DNA of 62,512 nucleotides from Toensbergia leucococca (Eukaryota): NCBI GenBank assembly GCA_022813965.1, contig JALDZS010000145.1, positions 1 to 62,512 of the forward strand, read 5' to 3'. Shown piece by piece: positions 48,374 to 61,128 of this stretch (position 1 is its first letter; each line of letters starts with the position of its first letter). The notes under the pieces were generated by a model. It saw only the letters and a program-made list of their open reading frames with translations, ran no database searches and was not told where the DNA came from. The position numbers and the translations under genes were made by a program.

Positions 48374-51300
48374 ATGACTCCCCTGCCGATACCGCTCGAC
48401 TTGACAAGCGCGCCGGACGAGAGCGACAGTGATCTGTACGACTTGTTTGAAACTGATGGAATTAGCAAGGAGGACTTGAATTTGTTGAATGAGCTTGCTC
48501 CAGATGATCAAAAATTGTCCCAATTTACGAAGACTCCTACCAAGAAGACTGCACCTGGTGAGCTTAACAATGCCTCGCCATTTGCTACATACTGAAGCTC
48601 ATAGATGTCCCAACCCCACTGCCTACCTCTGCAACGACACGAGTCAACCGATACATCAGAAGTCACCCCTTTCTTCAACAGTCACTCGTTCCCTATACCA
48701 CCTCGTGTCGCCGAGCCTTTGAGAGAGACGTCCACGATTTTGCTCGAGCTTTACAAATGTCCAAGGTGCAGGCTAGGGAAGAGGTCATAAAGGCTCGCGC
48801 TATCTGTGGAGAAGAAGAGTATGATAGTGATTGGTCTATTCTCGGGAACGAAGTTGATGATTCTGTGGATACTTTGAATCGTCTGGCTGGGGATGGCAAT
48901 TTGAAGGTGGATCCAGGAGAGTCGATTGAGGTCAAAGATTCATCGATCGGTGTCTCAAACGAGTCTCGGAAGCTCAAGAGGAAGAGACCTAGTTCCAAGA
49001 TCGGTCATGACGAAAGCATTCTGAAAAATCATACTCCTATGGACAGCATCATCTCACAACCGTCGCAACGAATTCCTGCCGCAACCAATTCAAATGAAAC
49101 AAAGGGCTCAAAGAAGAGAAAAGTCAAAGAGCCAGAGCTTGCAGATTTGGATTTCAAGAGGATACAGAAGAGGAGAAGGAAGTCGGAAAAGTTGAAAGAC
49201 AAACAAGCTCCAACGCCAACAGCTACGAGAAGCGAGCATAAGGATTCAAAGATACTTGGCGATGGAAAATTTACTAAAAGAAAGTCACAGTCTGAAGTGA
49301 AGAGACGTGAGAGTTCAGTCGATTGTCTAATGGGTAACAATCCCGCTGACGACTCAGTTAATCAGCTTGTTAGTGATCATGTCGAAGGGTCGCCATCAAA
49401 TGCAAAGGCTTGCTCTCCAACGAGCGGGAAATTTGCTACTATTCAACAACAAAATCTAGCACCGGTTGATGTTGCTACATTGAGACGAGAAAGAAAAAAA
49501 GAGAGAAGGAGGCGAAAAAAAGTCGAGACATTGAAGATGAAAACGAGAGAAATGGATGGCGTAGCAGAAACAGGCTCTGACGAGCATAAAATATCAGAAG
49601 ATAGACCTAGCAAACCAGCTCTTCCTATAAATCATCGACCTCGACAGTCAAGTACAACTCCTCAAATGAAAAGCGAGGCCCAAGCCCCAATATCGCCAGC
49701 CTTGACTGACCCCAAGTGTGAGATTGTCCAATTGAATGATCGACACCTGTATGACAGTATTACCCCCGACAACATCAAGACGCCTAGGAGATCAGAGGAA
49801 CGTATCAAGAAGGTTACAAGTTCCGAGGAGGATTCGAACCATTCTTTGGCAAAGAAGCACATCGACCATGGAGACATGGGACACGAGGACAAGAATGCCG
49901 TGGACCATCTAAAGCAATTGAAGGAAGAGTTTCGAAGAGCCGATGAAGAAGCCGAGGGGATGGTGAAAAAGGAAGTTTTGTCAAGCGAGAAGCCTAAGAG
50001 GAGGAGAAAGAGGAAAAGTGAAGTTGAGGAGAATGCTGATGAGGCAAAGGAAAATCAAAAAAGCAGTGATGTCGAAAAGTACGAGGATACGCCAGTGAAG
50101 AGGTTGGGTTTACGGTATCTCGATGGTTTGGCAGGTGCGACGCCTGTTGAGGATGTCAGTATGATAATAGCGGAGGACTCGGAAGACGATATCAAGAAGG
50201 AGGTGGCGTTCAAAGACTGTTCTTCTGAAAACAGTGAAGACAGTCGTATTGATGAAGAAGAGAGCTCAGCATCAGCACCAAGCGAGAACAAGAATCCATC
50301 GTCGCCAACGTCATCAAACGACTCCCATGAACCAGATTCCAACTCGGAGCGCACCCGAAACCTCCCCAAGAAAACCCCCACAACACGCTCCAAGTTCCGC
50401 TCCGCACCAAGAAAACCCCTCCCAAAATCATCCCCCTACTTCCCCAACTCCTCAACTCCCAAAAAGAAAACCGCCTCCTCAGCCAAAAAAACCTCCTGCA
50501 TCCCCTTCCCCCCCCTCTCCTCCCCAACCTTCGGCCTCGTCCAAGAATCCCTCGCCCAAAACCCCTTCCACCTCCTCCTCGCCACAATCTTCCTCAACAA
50601 AACCCGCGCCGCCGTCGCTCTCCCCTACTTCCACGCCCTCATCACCCGCTTCCCCACTCCTGCGTCTCTGGCAGACGCGGATGTAGAAGCGGTGGTGGGG
50701 TTTTTTCGGCATTTGGGACTGCAGAATCAGAGGGCTAGGACTTGTGTGATGCTGGCGAGGACTTGGGTCACTTGTCCGCCGCGGAGGGGGAGGAGGTGGA
50801 GGCGCTTGGGGTATCCGTGTGCTGGGGATGGGAGGGATGTTGGTTTGGGCGAGGTGGTGGGGGAGGGGGATGGGAGGGTTGCGTGGGAGGTGGGGCATTT
50901 GCCGGGCGTTGGGGCGTATGCGATTGATAGCTGGAGGATCTTTTGTCGGGATCGGTTGAGGGGGGTTGAGTGTGCTGATGCTGTGGTAGAGTCGGCTGTT
51001 GTTGTGAAGGATGAGGCGAGCGGGGTTTCGGCTCAACTTGTGGAGGAGATTGGGATGGCGGAGGTGCGGGGTTGTGGGGAGAGGAGGCAGGTGGAGTCGG
51101 AGTTGGAGGGGGAGTGGACGCGGGTATTGCCGCTAGATAAGGAACTTAGGGCTTATTTGAGATGGAGGTGGTTGCGGGCTGGGTGGGAGTGGGATCCTAT
51201 CACTGGGGAGAGGAAAGTTGTTGATCAGATGGTTTATGAGCGGGCTTTGAGAGGGGGAGTTATTTTGGAGGGGGAGGCTGGGTCCGTGGTTCAGGGTGTT

Positions 51301-51660
51301 GGGGATGGGGGTGAGGGTGGGGTGGAGGGTCGGGGTGGGATTCTTTTGGAGGGGCGGAGGGTTGGTGGCGAAGAGGATGGATGGGTTGATGAGGGTGAGG
51401 GTGAGGGGGTGCAGGGTCAGGGAGACAGTGTATCCGAGATTCAGCTGGAGGGCGTAGGCGGTGGTGGTGAGGGGCCAGGGCTGCGTCCTAGTGCAATCTG
51501 CAATGGAGTTCTGGGAGGGAGAGGCGATGACGGAGATCCTAACGCCAGGGAAGAGAAGCTCTCGACGGGCCAGAAGGTTGTAAGGGCGCGGAACGGGAGG
51601 TTTCGGCGGATGAAAAAGGATTCAGTGCCTCGACTGCGGGGTGGGTGTTTTTCCTGTTAG
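48374..51660 (+). CDS. MBD4-like HhH-GPD (G:T/G:U mismatch) DNA glycosylase with a long Lys-rich low-complexity N-terminus
   Basis: FGLVQESLAQNPFHLLLATIFLNKT, RFPTP and HhH motif LPGVGAYAIDSWRIFC with catalytic Asp. Intron 48558-48605 extends the 967-aa ORF upstream (start 48374 or 48224). Confidence 0.85.
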
Positions 51661-52472
51661 TTGAGGGGGGGTGTTGGATGGGATGGAGGTTGTATACATG
51701 GTTGTTGTTTTTGCGGATTGATACCCTTGATTTTTGAGAATTTTTGTCATCTGAGCATTAGGCGAGTGATGTTCCTTTACTCCTTGCCCCCCTTGCCTGC
51801 TCATTAGAAATAAAAGATAGGAGATAGAAGAGATGAACAAATCGCAAACAAAAGATGTAATAAGAATGAGAAATAAAGAATCAAAGAGTGAGGAAGAGAG
51901 ATAAAAATGACTTTTATACTGAGTGTACAAATAAAAAAGAATAAAGTGTAAAGACTAACTAATAGATAGAATTGAGTTTAGAAATTCGTACAGAGCTGAA
52001 AAATTAAAAAGCTGTGCGTTGATCTGTGCACTCAATCACAAAGTTCACAAACAATTCTCATCAAGTGTGTGTAAGAAATGACTTCAATCAGATCTTGCAC
52101 TTCAGAGAGAGGGGGGAAGGGTGAAAACTCACTAATAATTGAAAATGTTCATATGAACAAGACAAATTAAGTGGTTGGATTGAGAAAAAGTCAAAAAGCC
52201 AGGTCAGGTTTCAAAAAATCACTGTGCAGGTGGTACCAAAATATTAAAAGTACTTAGGTACCTATGCTGCGATCAAGATGTGCTGCTTGTACGAGAGTCA
52301 AACAACGGACCATTTTCTAAAAATCAGGTCATGTTACCTACCAATGCAATGCCCCATTTCAAAAAAGCTAAATGCCACAACGCTACAGACAGAGACGGGA
52401 TAAAAGAACCCATGCGATATGTTATCAAGGCCATCGCCATGCGCCCCCTTTAACGAAAAAACCCCCAAACCC

Positions 52473-54469
52473 TCAAAGCTTGACCTGAAACTTAGGATTC
52501 TTCCGTATGCGCTCGCCGTACTTGAAGAAAATGACCGGAATCGGACACATGGCCAACGCAACAAAAGCCAAGAGTGAGTTTCCCCATCCGAGGCCGAGAG
52601 TGCCGTACATCTTTTGTCCGGCCAGGGGGAGGAGAGCGCCGACTAGGGATCGTAAGACTGTGTTTGCGGCCATGGCTGAGGCGGCGTGAATGGTGAAGGC
52701 GTCGACTAGGTAAGTGTTTACCGGCATCTAGAAGTTGCAGTTAGTCGAGTAAGGTTGTCGGGTGGGAAAAGGAACTTACGAAAGTAGCAAGTAATCCCAA
52801 GCCGACAAAGGCAGTACCAAGAATAGGTACAAACCAAAACACATGTTTCTCCGCCGTCCATCCATAAATGAACAGTCCAATCGGTATGAATACCGCACCT
52901 GGGATCATCGGTGGTAAACGATATTCAGGCTTCATCTCACCCTTGGCCGACATTTTCTTGACAATGGCATCCGACGCATACCCGAAGATGACCAAGCCAC
53001 ACATCATGCCGATTCCGATTCCCAAAAAGGTAAGCCCAACGATTCCGGAAGAGAAGTGATATGTATCTTCAAACACTTCGGTGATGGTAGTGAAGAGAAG
53101 GTAGAGATAACCGTAGACGACGGCTACAAAGGCAGACAGAGCGAATACGATGGGAGAGAATAACAACATCTTGGCTGGCCGGATGATGGAACGTTTGAAA
53201 AAGTCCCGTGGTGATAATCCAGAGTCCAGTTTTGATATCAGATTTGGATTCCCGGTCTCTTTTCGAAGTCGATTGGTTTTGCGGGAGAGCAGAATTGGTG
53301 GGTAGGTTTCCCGTAGGAGAAGGAATGCTGCAAATGAAATGACTCCAGACTAGATGATTTCATTTAGGTCTCACTCCACGCCCAAGATTAAAGGCAACTC
53401 ACTGCAATGGCAAGCAACCAAAAGACCCAACGCCATCCTTCTGCTTGAGAAAGAAAACCTCCACAAACAGGGCCAACGACTGGTCCAACCAATGGACCCA
53501 TTGCCCAGATGGCCATGGCTCCACCTCTTCTCTCTTGAACGATCAAGTCGGCTATTGTTCCACCACTAAAACCATGAGCAAGGTACGACATCTTTCGGGA
53601 TTATATTCTTACCCGATTGTCAAAGGAGCAGATCCGACGCAGCCTTCAAGGAATCGAAAACCAATCAACATATTGAGATTGGTACTGAGAGCACAAGCGA
53701 CGGTGAAGATGACGAATAGGACATTACATGAATGATATAGAGGCAACTGTATCGAGGTTAGTCTAAACATAAAAACATTTGATCGTATGATGCTCATACT
53801 CGACCGTATAATTCAGATAGAGGAGCGATAAGCAAGGGACCGAAAGCGTAACCAAGGACATAGACCGACACAACGAAACTGGCCAGCAATTCGTTGCTCG
53901 ATTTGAATTCGGTCATGACTTCTGGTACACCGGGAGCAAACATGGATGATGCCAACGGCCTATATGGTCGGATCAGCATAGAAATGTGCACTGAAGACTC
54001 AAACTGACGTTATGAATGTCACTAGAGACACGACAGCGATATTGCCCCATTTCAACTTCTCAGACCAATTGATGGGATTGTTCGGATCATCGGGTCCATC
54101 CCAACCGACAACATTTGGGTCAACAGGCTCTACCTGGGTTGTTGTATCGGCGACCGTCTTACTGGAAGCAGAACTGCTTAAATTGGCCTCTAAATCCCCA
54201 TCCTTTTCAGGATCATTATGCCTAGGCGCTCCATCATCAACGCCTGCGTCTTTCTCCGGGTCTTTCTGCGCATTCTTCTCCGAGACTACCGGTCTATCTT
54301 TCTCTGAATCATTGCTCTTGGATTGTAGATATGCTTGGGCATTTTCCGATTGATCGTTAGTTGGTTCATCTGCATCGTGACCCTCTTCGTAGGCTAGGAC
54401 TTCGCGTCTCTTTTCCGAGTCAAGGGGGTCGATGGGAGGGTGACGAGGGGTAGGTATTGGTTCGGCCAT
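52473..54469 (-). CDS. MFS multidrug transporter, DHA1 family
   Basis: [47 protein letters not shown] and AASAMAANT; multiple introns. Confidence 0.93.
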
Positions 54470-57400
54470 TGGTGAATCCGAGTGTCACTAGCAATGTCAT
54501 TGTCAGTCCTCTCTGAAAGTAACGATAATCAGAGGTATGGGGGTTTAGAAAGGTGATAAGTGCAGGTAGGACTGTTCCTTGCTCGAAGCTCACATACAAG
54601 CTTTCTTGGACCCTTTCCCTTTCAGACGCGCTAGGAAGCGAGGAATCGAGGTTGGTGGAGTCGTTGGCGTGGATGTTGGATTTGATGAAGAACGATCAAA
54701 GTACAGTACAGAGAAATGAGTTGTGAAAGGAGCAAGTAAGACTTCTACGAGTTCGGGGATCACTTGGTTAATACCGAGTTATATCCAGTCACCAGTCACC
54801 GCCTACCTACTTACATACAAAGCTACAATCTCCGAACTTCTCGGACCTAATACGGAACTTGATAATTGTGCACTCATGTCGGCAACTTGAAGATCCGCAC
54901 CACGTGTGTACCTGGTAGTTTATTCAATGGCGGGGATGCCGTTGACGCCATTTATGAAATTCTATGCACAGCATAAATCAAGGTCGGTCCATGCATCCGA
55001 AACCTTAATAAATCCGTTCATTCATCACCTCGATCACTCCTCGACTCATCCTCCCCCGCACCTCCTCTAACCTCCCCTCCCCTAATCCACTTCACAGAGT
55101 ACAAGCCGTAATATTACACTTGAATGTATTCACAACGACCCCACAAGACGTAAAATCGTCCGGGCATGGTAGCTTGACCGTCTCGGAGAGTGGAACGCCC
55201 ACAGGGACGACAATTGAGACTGTGGATGCCGAGACGAGATGGTTGGTGAGCATGAGAATGAGGAGGGTGAGAGATGCTGGGGATCGTTAGTTTGGCGTGG
55301 GTTTCTGAAGAGGGTGGGAGCTGACTTTTTAGGAGGACGGAGTGCATTTTGCAGAGAGCGGTCGTTGGTGAGCAGAGTGGATAGTGGCTTGGTTGTTATA
55401 AGGTAGAATTGTCTTGAGATTGGGTGTCGCTAAATTGAGGATATGAGTCCTCTCAAGAGATGTGGGTGTTTATATACCAACATCAGAGAAGCAAAGAACC
55501 CATCTCCCCCATCTCCCTCCGACGCCAGAGATACGCTACCAGAAACGGAACTTCATCATGCGCACTCTTCTGAATCCTTCATCTGGCGCCTTAATGGTTT
55601 CTCGTTCCTTGGGGTCAAAGTTTCTTTGATTGATGGCGCCAGCGGTGGAGCTGTATTGTACTGATAGTCATGCCGTCTTAGCATGTCTGCACGTCTGTTG
55701 TATCTGCGTATATGATAGATAACCCGTGACGTTGTGAATAACTTGCAGATTTAGTGGATGAGTTGGGCTGATTGGCGGTGTGTATATCTTCTCAGGGCAA
55801 GAAGACAGAGAAACAATATCTCGAATGAAGCGCATATCGACATAAGCAATTAAGTCAGACTTTTAGATTAAAGCTGAAGGGATGGAATTCCACTCGCATG
55901 CTTGAGATTTAGAGCTGCGTTCTTAGTTCATCCATTCCCCCCTCCACGATTAGGAATCATTTGAGAACGAGTACCGGACGGATCCTTGATCTCGATCCAC
56001 TTATCTTGTGAAATTACTTTGCGATTGACTCACCGCCTGTTGGAGATCTCGCCAAAGACGAGTCATGCTGGGAGGATCTGGCGGTGATGAATGTCCACCG
56101 GGTCATGGGGAGATGGTTTTCTGGGCGGGATCAGAAGGGAAGGGGACGTTATAGTGAGGGTGTGAGGATGAGGAGGTTTGGAGAGAGCGCTTTTGGTGGG
56201 CAGTAGGTACGGAAGAGATTCGGATGGAAAGAGTAGAGATAATGAGAAGACTGGGTGGGCTTCTGTGCTATCATTCTTGATTCTCTCTCACTTGAGAGAC
56301 GCGATTGCTGTAAGGCAATATGGCGCGTTTGATGAAGATGTCAAACTCATAAGTCTTGGAATTTTGAAATAGAGAAGGTGTTGACGGATCCACCAACCAC
56401 TGGCTCGTATCATGGCCCATCACCTGTCTACATACCGCCGTAGACCACCTCCCAGCCCGTTGCCATCACAGATCCGTGCTCTTCGGTATCGTTCCAGATC
56501 GAATGTTACATTTCCACCGACGGTCCCGGTAAGGAGTCAATGGAACCGGAGACATAAAAGCTACGTCACTTTTTTCAACGTCTCACCTATGCAGATTAGT
56601 CCTCCGTGCAGTGCAGCGTAGGTGCTGTCGTACCGACCACGTCCTGTCCTCTCGCGGCGTCACCACGACCGAGACCAAACCAGGAGTTCGTCGAGGGAGA
56701 TCCGCTGGCAACATCACTAACAGATAAGAGTCCGTAGTAGCAACTTGTGCAATCACTTCAGACTCAGCTTTGGAGTTCACTCATATCATTTCCCGTCCGT
56801 TCCACCTGACCACGCATCCCTTAGCATTAGGATCTACGACGGAGCAGATCAACATCTACAACACTAGTTGAAATATATTGCAATAAAGACTGAGCGCGAT
56901 AACGATAAGGATATCTAGACCAAAGTTCTAGCTGGATGCGATCATGAAAGACTGTTAGGCTATGAGCGTTAGACGGTGATGAACGTTGTTCCGTGCAGTG
57001 ATAGAGTCAAGAATGCATGCGTGGTTACACTCTTCTCCTTGACCAGGTGTATTAAAGCATCTGTGTTTAGCATCTCGTTCCACATGAATTGCATGGTCAA
57101 GGTTGAGGATGTTGATGTTATCTAGTAATCACGAATACCATGGAAAGGTGAGGGGAAAGTGAGGAGTCTGCCGAGGGGAAATCCCCTCATATGTTTCCAT
57201 CTGGCTTGTGATTTCATTGGGAGTTAGGTATATAGATGAGGTGGAATCCCATCAAAAGCTTTTATAGAATAGAGAGTCTTTCGACTTGTTAGTTAATCAA
57301 AAATCCATCCATCCAAATGATCATCGATCCCTCAATGTTCTATTCATATAAATATCGATCCTAAACCTCAATAGAGGACACGTGTGGCACCTTGAATTTT

Positions 57401-57787
57401 AAGGCGATCAACAACAAGTTCCAGGGTCGGGTTGCAAAGTTAGTCCAGGCACACACGTTTATGGACCCCCGTGCAACCATGGCCGTGCTCACGGACAAGG
57501 AGGGGAAGCAGATCATGGCCCAAATAATCGACAGTCTAGTATCTGAAGCATATGAAGTTCAGGCAGCGACGGCACAGAGGGTTAAATTTGAAATGAAATA
57601 TCTACAAACCTTCAAAGCTGACTGCCTTTCTCCGGTAGATGAGATGGTAAGAATGGTCATATTTTGTACTACTTATAGCAAGAGAGTGTCAAATGGTGCT
57701 TGAGGGAGTCATTCCCTGTCAGTAGATACCTTAACCGACGCATATCAATATCCCTTCAGATCTTTGGTCTTAACCTAAATTGTTATC

Positions 57788-59406
57788 TCATTTCGAGGAT
57801 ACCCCATCTGCGTAACGCCGAAGATATACAGCTACTTGCTGGTCTAAAGGAAAGTTAGCAGAGAACATAATTGCAGTTAGCTAGTCGATTTGGACGTACA
57901 GACACCAGCTGCCTTCCCCGCCTCGATCGCCATACCGAGGTATGCGGGCATATTCTATATGCTTTTAGCGACGGCATCAGCAATTCTGGAGAAACTTACC
58001 ATATCCTTCTTCGCATTTGTGAGATGGTCACGCATGGCAACTGCGTCGTTCATTGCGTAGACCCAGACATTGGCCAGAATGTTGATGTTCGTTTCGACTT
58101 CCTTGACAGTCTTCTCGCCGATTTCTTGCAACTCATTGCGAGCGTTCTGGATATCCTTTATTTGCTGTTTTAGCTCTTTTCTTTCTTTCTCCTTTTGGCT
58201 TCGTTGATCCTTCCTATCTGTGGGAAGCTATGTCAGTATGTATTTTCTGTAGAGCACGACCAGACGATCTCTATACCGCTGATTCTGACTGCGTAGGAAA
58301 TTGCAAATCCTGTCGCCACCCCGGCGGAAATGCATCCTGCAATCTAGTTGGTAGCTGTTAGTTATTTAAACCTTGAGAATGTGTTTTCAAGCGTTGCACA
58401 TACAATAGCAATTGGTGCAATCACTGGGCAGCATATCGCAATGACGGCGCAGACCGGTAAAGATGCAGCTGCTACAGCCCCAGAAACGAGTAGCTGTGTC
58501 TCGAGCTTCTCGATTTCCACGGTCAGATCATTGATTTCCTTGGTAAGTGCATCGACCTTCGTTTGAAGTTCTGATTCTCGTCCAGTCGACCAAGATGCGA
58601 AGGTTGCCGCAAGACTGCGAAGCGTGGTTTTCACATTTTCAAATTTTGTCTTCATATCAGCAGAATCTTTTGCAAATGCATCAGCATCCTTGACCTATTA
58701 GTATAGCCTGATCCTATCATAAACTGTAAACCTATTACTACTCACTTTGATGTATTGGTCGAGTTTCGCCGCCTTGACCGTCTCAGGGGTATCTGAATCA
58801 AGAATAAGTGGCACAATGACATCGTCGAAGCCTAATAGACGTTATAATAATCATGGGTAACATGTAATATGTGCACTAACGCTCAGCGTAAACAGCAATC
58901 GAGGTTGCAAGTCTTTGGCTTAAAAGCAATGTTTCGTCATAGTTCTTTGATACGCCAAGTCAGCTTTCAGTTCCACCTAATTACGAGCACCCTCATACTG
59001 TCTTGATAGCAAGCAAATCAGGTGAAAATTTCTTTTGCCCAACAGCTGTGGGGAGAGCGTCGACGGTGCCCAGCTTTGTCATAAGCTTGTTGAAAGCAAC
59101 ATTGATTGTCTTACAAGCGGTTGCCGCTGCGTCAGCCGTGAACTCAAGATGTCTTTTGGCCGAATCAGAGGTCATCGCTTCGACATATGCCTTTCGAAAC
59201 TTTTCCTGCGTTTTCTGATCTTGCTGAATCTTCTTGAGGCTGTCAGGATCGTTGTTAGTGGCAAGGATGTGGATTTGTTTCTCCGTGAGATTCGCTGTGA
59301 TTTTTTGGAGGCCCTCAAGCGATGAATCCTGCTTGATCTGAGCATCGATTTGGCCCATGATGGACCCATATGACGGAGGCGGATCATCTTGACTAAGAGT
59401 TGCCAT
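57788..59406 (-). CDS. Helical coiled-coil protein with central hydrophobic hairpin (putative ClyA/HBL-like alpha-pore-forming protein, gene A), 8 exons, ~412 aa
   Basis: Exons 59406-58999, 58944-58881, 58831-58746, 58688-58404, 58343-58277, 58217-58000, 57954-57900 and 57843-57788 give an open frame, all with GT-AG introns. Paralogous to the gene at 61129. The functional label is inferred from architecture only. Confidence 0.75.
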
Positions 59407-59894
59407 AGTGACTATGGGTGAAGAGTGAGCTGTAAATTGAGAGGAAACGTTGAGAGGACTGAAGATGATGGATGCACCAGAGCAGCGGCACTCGAGAAAC
59501 CAAGTAGGAGCTTGTAGATTTGGAGCGAAATCCCTAGGAATATTTATACCTGAAGAACACTTTACGACAGAGCTCCATGTAGCAAGTGATTGAGGGGCTA
59601 AAAGACGAATGCATACACATCTATCATGAGAAGCCTTTAGCAAGGGACTGTGAACGTTCTAGACTTATCTCCGAAGAGCTGAACCTTGAATATACAGCGG
59701 TTTGGTCCGCATAATGGCGTTGATCACAACGTCCTTGAGAGCTGAACAATGCATGGCGCTAATTAGGGATTGCTCATCGAGGCCTCTGTCCATTGACCGG
59801 CGAACGGCAATGGCACAGTGAAGGTAAAAGGAAGTGCAAAAAAGACTATAAGTCGCTTGCAAACGTGAAAGCCCCACTAATGCGTAATGCAGCT

Positions 59895-60605
59895 AGCCAC
59901 AATATGCAGTCTCAAGGTGTTGTATAGGGCTATTGAGACCGTTCTGAGACTGAGGATTCACCAGAAATATTCAGCGCCAGAAAACTTGCCTCAGGTCCCC
60001 AGACTGAGGACTTCCCCTCTCCAGCGGCCATGGAGTACGGCCGGGGTAAACGACATGAAGTAGATACCAACTAGTACACAGTAGGTGTACGCTGGTGATA
60101 GATTCAAAGCTGGTGCTGCTAAGCCAACGATGAGTGGACAGGAAAGTGCCAAGGAGCTGTAATATTACCAAATTAACACTAGTTTAAGCCTCAGTACGCT
60201 GGGGTTGCCGTTTTAGGTTAGATCAGTCGGTCTACTGACCGGTTACCCGGCCCGTGCCGGCCATACGAGTAAGGTACAGTAGCACAAAAACGGATCAAGC
60301 GACTCTGTTCTCCGAGGACGCGCTAGGGAATCTTCACGGAGAGAAGATCTGAGTGCATGAGGCAACCTGCAAAGATATCACGGTGGCGTTGATACTAATG
60401 CCCTTCGAAGCTGAAAATGCAGTCAATGGCAACTTTGGACGTGAATCTCTACCTGAACCGGCAAACAGCAGTTGCACGGCGAAACTAGATAACAAATAGC
60501 TCTGAAAGACCTTCTACTTGAGGTAAGATGGAGACTGTGGGTCCCATTAGAGTCGCGACTGCCTCGTTAAAGCCCGCATATTTCAGCAAGCCACAATATG
60601 CAGTC
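59895..60605. promoter_or_regulatory. Two exact copies of AGCCACAATATGCAGTC in the divergent intergenic region
   Basis: Copies at 59895-59911 and 60589-60605, same orientation. The regulatory role is inferred. Confidence 0.5.
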
Positions 60606-61128
60606 CGATTAATTTGACATCATACGCCTGAAGTTCCTAACGTTACTTACCTAGCGTCACAGTGTCTAGGAGAGAATCCCCTAGAAATAGGGGGGTATGG
60701 ATGTTCACCGTCCTCTTTCGGGTAATGATCCCACCAATCGTCAACAAGTCAGCAACCTCACACGGTTGCCTTATCCCCGATTCTAGGTGGGTGTCCGGCA
60801 TTCACCCCTAAGCCCTGCTCCTGCTAGCAAAGCGCCATTCAGGACCGATCAACTATCATCCCTTCAGTAGGACACCATGATACTACCAATGTAAACGCTG
60901 GGCGGTTGATATAACCCGCACGAGAACTAAGGTAGGTTAGCCCAAGCACCCAAGTCTGACCCATATACCTTGACCTGTCTGTTTCCTCTTTCCTGTGTTT
61001 TCTCTAACTTCAGACTTCTTATTACAAAGTATACTGGGTCTTTCGTTTCAAAAGCTTGCTGGAATATTACTCTACTTTGTAGAACAGCAATCAATCTGAT
61101 AACTCGTTGCCCTATTGACGTGACGATT

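Noticed and set aside
30855..54469. Secondary-metabolite cluster suggested by several MFS transporters plus GGT
   Set aside because: No PKS, NRPS, terpene synthase, tailoring enzyme or cluster transcription factor in the window.
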